From Perkinsela sp. CCAP 1560/9 (taxonomy: Eukaryota > Protista > Euglenozoa: Kinetoplastea), in NCBI GenBank assembly GCA_965644495.1, contig CBFFSA010000066.1:1-37240 (forward strand): a DNA stretch of 37,240 nucleotides. The letters are read 5' to 3'. The notes beneath the pieces were generated by a model. The model was given only the letters and a program-made list of their open reading frames with translations, made no database searches and had not been told where the DNA came from. Each line of letters starts with the position of its first letter. Positions within the stretch are counted from its first letter, which is position 1. A program made the translations under genes and the position numbers. Shown here piece by piece: positions 32,104 to 37,240 of the stretch.

Positions 32104-32892
32104 AGAAGAAAAAGAAGGAGGGATCAGAAAGAGAACTTTTCAGAATTTCCGGGCAACAAGATCTTCCCTGCGTGTCACTCGGTCCCTAAAAATTTTTCTT
32201 AATTTAGCTCAGACATCAAAAAGATGGTTTCTAAAAAAAAATTTTGCAAGAAGATCTTTTCCGACCGCAGAAGGGCATTTCTGAGTTCTATTATTAGACC
32301 ACTCCCCACAATTCCAAGAAGAATAAAATCAAACAAGTATTCTACAATACTGAGAGTTGTTTTTCCAGAAGAAGCTTCACCAAGAATTAAACCATAAATT
32401 TTCTTTCTCCCCGCCCCCATCACACATTCCTTCTCTCAGTCCCGAAACTTTGCAAAATAATGGGAAATAATATGGACCTGTTCAAAGATTAAAATGACAT
32501 CGGTATGGTTTTTTACACAAGAAAAAGTAGGAGAGAATGTGAAACGAAACAGAATTCGATTTGAAGGCAGGTGTCTGAACAATCTCATTGAAAAATTGAG
32601 AGTCAGTCGGAATCTGCAGGAATCCTATTTTTTTTTGTGACATCACACACATTACTGCGACTGAAGATATTTGTGATTGTGTGACAATGACAATTTTGTC
32701 AAGTTTCTGTCAAACTTTTTTTTTTCACTTTTGTCTTTTCTTTTTTTTTTTGTTTTCGATTTTTTTTTGTACCAGACCGATCACCCCACCCCCTTCCTTG
32801 TCGTCGCAGTGCGCGTCGTTGTTTCTTTTTCTTCCGGACCGAATATTTTATTACATTGAGATCAAAAAGATGTTTGCTTTTCTTTTTTTATT

Positions 32893-35800
32893 ATGCTGCT
32901 GCCATTTATGATAAATATCATTTTTAAAGAAAAAAAATTGATCTTCTCTCCCTCCAGGAAAAAGACAGGACGAAAACAACAAGATGAACAAAACTTCTCA
33001 ACTTTTGCTGGGAACCCCAGTTCTCGTCATTCCTCTTCTTTTTCCTCTTCTTCCTCTTCCTCTCCTTCTCCTTCCCCCTCCCCTTCTCCTTCTCCTTCTC
33101 CTTCTCCTTCTCAGCAGCCTTCTCCTTCTCCTTCTCCTTCTCCTTCTCCTTCTCCTTCTCCTTCTCTCCAATTAAAGTTCAAGTTTACATCTCGGCCGAC
33201 TGTGTCTCGATCATCTCAATCATCCCGACAATCCCATTCTCAACCCCATACTCGATCCCATTCTCCTTCTCCTTCTCCTTCTCCTTCTCCTTCTCCTTCT
33301 CTTTTTACTTCTCTCCAATCCCATTTCAAGTTACCATCTCGGCCGACTGTGTCTCGATCATCTCAATCATCCCAACAAGCCCATTCTCGATCCCTTTCTC
33401 TTTCTCCTTCTCCTTCTCCTTCTCTTTTCTCTTCTCTTCTCTCTTCTCTTCTCTCTTCTCCTTCTCCTTCTCCTTCTCCTTCTCCTTTTCCTTCTCCTTC
33501 TTTTAGAGAATTAGGGACTACAAAATATGAAAAATTAAATTTGCCGTATGTTCGAGAACTCCCCTCCAAAACTTCTTCTCCTTTGCAAACCTTTACATTA
33601 GGAACCAACGATGAGATGGACACCTCAATTTTTCTTGAAGAAGAGAGACCTTCCTCGGCCACATCACTGAATGATCTTTCTTCTTCTTCTCCTTCCCCTT
33701 TTCCTTCTCTTTCTCCTTCTCAGCAGCCTTCTCCTTCTCAACAACCTTCTCCTCCTCTTCTTATTTCTTCATCTCTTTCTCTTTCTCAGCAGCCTTCTCT
33801 TTCTTCAACTCCTTCTTCATATCCTCAATCATCTCGTTGTTCTTCTCAAACCCTCAGTCCTTCTCATCCTCCTCCTCAGACCCAGAGTCCTCGCCGTTTC
33901 TCTTCTCCTCTTCTTCCCCCTCCTCTTTCTCCTTCTTCTGGTCCTTCTAGAAAAAGAAAAGGAGATCAGCAGACTGGGATCCAAAATGCTTCAATGTATC
34001 AGTATCCCAAAAGAAGATCTATTTCTCAGTTTCTCCCTTCTTCTCCTCATGAGGGTGTTGTCTCCCCTCCAGCAGGCTCCTTGAAGAAGACAGAAGAAGA
34101 GTCCTCCTCCTCTCAAGAGTCCTCTTCCTCTTCAGAGTCCTTGAAGAAGACAGAAGAGTCCTTGAAGAAGACAGAAGAAGAGTCCCTTACAACTCGTAAA
34201 TTCAAGTTGAACCGAATAGTGTACCCGAAAAAGATGCAATGGTTTACCTCATACCTCCAAGATGTTGTTGTGGCAGCGTCTCGATTATCGATTGAAGTCT
34301 CGTATTTTTCAAATGCGTACATTACATATTGTCTCGAGAATCAATATCAACTTCCCTTTGATTCATTTTCAGAAATTGAAATATTCTATAATGAATGTTT
34401 GCATCTTTTTCTGCCGAGTAGACGAAAATTTCCAGAACCACAATATAACTTTACGGCTTCACTTCGAAAGAAGATGACTGAGTTTTATAAGATGGAGTAT
34501 ACTTGTGTGGATGAGGCTTTCTATTCTAAACTGGAAGAGTATTTCCAGCAGAAGCTGAAAGGAATGATTAAGGACGTGAAGCACCAAATTTCAAGGGAAA
34601 TGCTGGTAAACGCCAAAAACCACTTTCAAGAGTCGTCAAAGGGGTTTATCAAACGAGTGATTGCTTTTGATGCCCACAAGTTGTTATGGGAGGATGTTGG
34701 TTTTCAAGGTACAGGAAAAGAGGAGAAAAGAGATAGTTGCCAAAGTGGGAAGGAGAGTGGGGATGATGATGACGAGGATCAAACTGAAGACTTTCTTGGG
34801 GAGGAGGAGAAGGAGAAGGAGAAGGAGAAGGAGAAGGAGGAGGAGGAGGAGGAGGAAGTATCTTCTGTTCATGAGAATTCTGGAAAGAAAAAACTTGTGA
34901 CACAGACAAAGGTGCTTGCAGTTGCGGATCGAGTTGCCACCTATCTTTGGCCTCCCTCGAAAGAGTTCACAGGGGTCAAAAAATCAAAGAGAGAGAGAGA
35001 GAGGACCAAATTGTCGAACAACTTGTTAAGGGGGAGAGGGGTAAATTTCCAGGGCTCTTTAATGAGGTGGTTGAGTACGAAAAGAATTTAGAAAATCTTC
35101 TCAAGTACTATGGCAATCTGATGGACCGGATAAACTGAGAGTCAGAGGGAGAATGAGAAACACAGAGAGCAGTCTCAGCAGCAGCAGCAGCCACAGCAGT
35201 TGACTTTGTTTACGAATGATGACTACTGGCGATCGATGCCAAAAGTGAAAAAGTGGGCCTTTCTCCCAATTCGGTCTTACCAGATCCATCATCTTCACAT
35301 TGACACACCATTCCTTGTGACAATCTACCAAAGGGCGCACCTACAAATGTCCTGTTCTAAACCAAAGCGTATGTTAAAACGTAACCACCACCACCACACG
35401 GATGTTGATCTGCTTTCTGTCTGGAAAAAATGCTTAAATATCGAAAGCATTCCTCTCGAAAAGCCAAAAGAAAGATTTGCCTTCTTCATCAAGACTGATG
35501 GTGTTCAGTGTTCTGCAGGAATTGTTCAGCCACGGGAAATTTGCTCTCCTCCTTCTCCTCCTCTTTCTTCTTCCCCTCCTCTTTCTTCTTCCCCTGTTAA
35601 GCCTCCGAGAAAGAAGAAGAAAGAACAGTCACCAACAAAGAAGAGAAATCAAAATCTGAAGAAATTGAGATATTTTCTCCCAAAAGATTATGATTTGGTT
35701 GGCTCATCAAAAGATGTGATTATGAAACTCTCCCATGAACTTCAGACGATCTCCTCCTCCTCTTCCTCCTCCTTCTTGAAATTTGACAAGCGTGCGAATC

Positions 35801-37240
35801 AAAATGAATGCTCTAAACTCGTGGCAAAATTGATGGAGGATTTTGACAAGACTTCCCCTTCTTCCCCTTCTCCTCGGCCTTCTTCTTCTTCTTCTTCTCG
35901 TTCTCGTTCTCGTTCTCGTTCTCGTTCTGGTTCTCATTCTCGTTCTGGTTCTCATTCTCGTTCTGGTTCTAATCCATCCTCTTCATCACAACGTTCCTCA
36001 TCCATTAAACTCTCCAAATTGAAACGAGGTGTCTTTTTGGAAGAACAAATTGAAAAAGATGATGGCATCGACCTTAATTCAATCATTGGGGTGGACCCTG
36101 GCCACAAAGCCTTCTTAACCTCTGTGGTTGGAGTGGGTACAGAGAATCAGAAGTTTTTTGAACTCACACGTGGGGAGTATCTTGGTAAATCAAAGATTTC
36201 TTCTGCTCGAGCGAAGCGAACTTGTTGGAGAGAAACTGTACCACCTGATCAGAAGGAAGCTTTGGACAAACTTGCACAAATCCAGGTCCGAGGTGAGACG
36301 AAATGGTCCTCCCTGAAACCAATGATGGGAACCCGTGTTGAGATCTATGCAAAAGTTCTCTCGTATTATCACACAACACGGTTCGCGAACCAGAGATTTC
36401 GGGTTTGGCGTTTCAAGAACAAGGTGGTGGATAACTTTTTCTCCTTGGTGAACAAGTATGCAAAATCGATTGTGGTGTCGCAACAACATGGTGGTGGAAA
36501 ACAACGGTTTATCCCAACTGTCGCTTTTGGGAACGCAAATTTTCCCAGTTTTCGGTCTTCAGATGGAGTCAAAGCGCCAATTCTCACGTTGCGAAAAAGA
36601 TGGAGTAACACAGCCCGTGTTGTACTTATTGATGAGTACAAAACATCTCAACTCCATTCATCACCCACTTGTCATCACGCAAAGCTCCAGGGTTTGACAA
36701 AACGGCAAATCGAGGATCTTCACCTTCCAACAAAGAAACGAAAATCTCGCCACCCACCATCAAAGATGCCCTCCGAAACAACTCAACAACATGCTCCTGA
36801 GGAAAAAAGGACTTGGAGATGGACAAAGAGGAGAAAGAAAAAGAGAGAGAAAGATAAAAAGAAAAAGAAAAAAAAAAAGAAGGGAAAAGAAGAAAAAGAA
36901 GAAAAAGAAGTGGAAGAGGAAGAGGAAGAGGAAGAGGAAGAAGAAGAAAAAGAAGAAAGCAAAAAGAAGAAAGAACGAAGAGAGAAACAAGAAGAGAGAG
37001 AGAGAAAGAAAAAAAGAAACAAAGAAAAGAGAGAAAGGAAGAAAAAGACGAGAAAAGAGCAAGTAAAGAAGAAGGTTGAGGAGGTGTTTGAGGCAGTGAA
37101 AAGGAATCGTCGTCCACCGGAATCTTGGATCCATAAGATAACGGAGTTGCAGCAGCATCAAACTTCTATGTCACTGCACAAGGACGATGAACAACAAACA
37201 CAACACGCTCCATCACCATCAACCAGCTTGCTCACCAAAC
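32893..37240 (+). CDS. Very large Fanzor1-like nuclease, copy C (>1,400 codons, runs off the window end; two apparent frameshifts; start uncertain)
   Basis: N-lobe TTRKFKLNRIV...LQDVVVAASRLSIEVSYFSNAYI. An open frame from 35134 to the window end, not in the ORF track, reads KWAFLPIRSYQIHHLHID, FFIKTDGVQCS, RuvC-I IIGVDPG (Asp 36094-36096), ELTRGEY, VAFGNANF, RuvC-II VVLIDEYKTSQ (Glu 36634-36636). Frameshifts at the GA repeat ~34995 and at ~35133. Confidence 0.92.

Overview
Intron-containing eukaryotic DNA, rich in low-complexity sequence and probably from an amoebozoan-like protist. That assignment is inferred from the alpha-kinases, a TKL-type kinase, a VwkA-type vWA domain and short GTY...AG introns. 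The main result is three very large Fanzor1-type (eukaryotic TnpB/OMEGA) RuvC nuclease loci with no recognisable adjacent transposase. Copy A (2152-4890, +) is decayed, carries a SWIM zinc finger in place of the N-terminal lobe, and has lost its zinc finger and RuvC-III. Copy B (9385-~14077, -) is spliced and keeps all three RuvC motifs. Copy C (~32893 to beyond the window end, +) is a more distant relative. Copies A and B share a ~170-nt block at their 3' ends, mostly non-coding, that stops abruptly at CGTTT. This is the pattern expected of an omegaRNA scaffold followed by a variable guide, and the block contains an intron-like segment. Between the Fanzors lies a signalling-like gene cluster: two alpha-kinases, two paralogous uncharacterised helical proteins, a TKL kinase with EF-hand and SAM domains, a PP4/PP6-like phosphatase and a stand-alone vWA protein. 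Most of these share short amphipathic coiled-coil modules. All calls come from reading the sequence by eye; no database searches were run.
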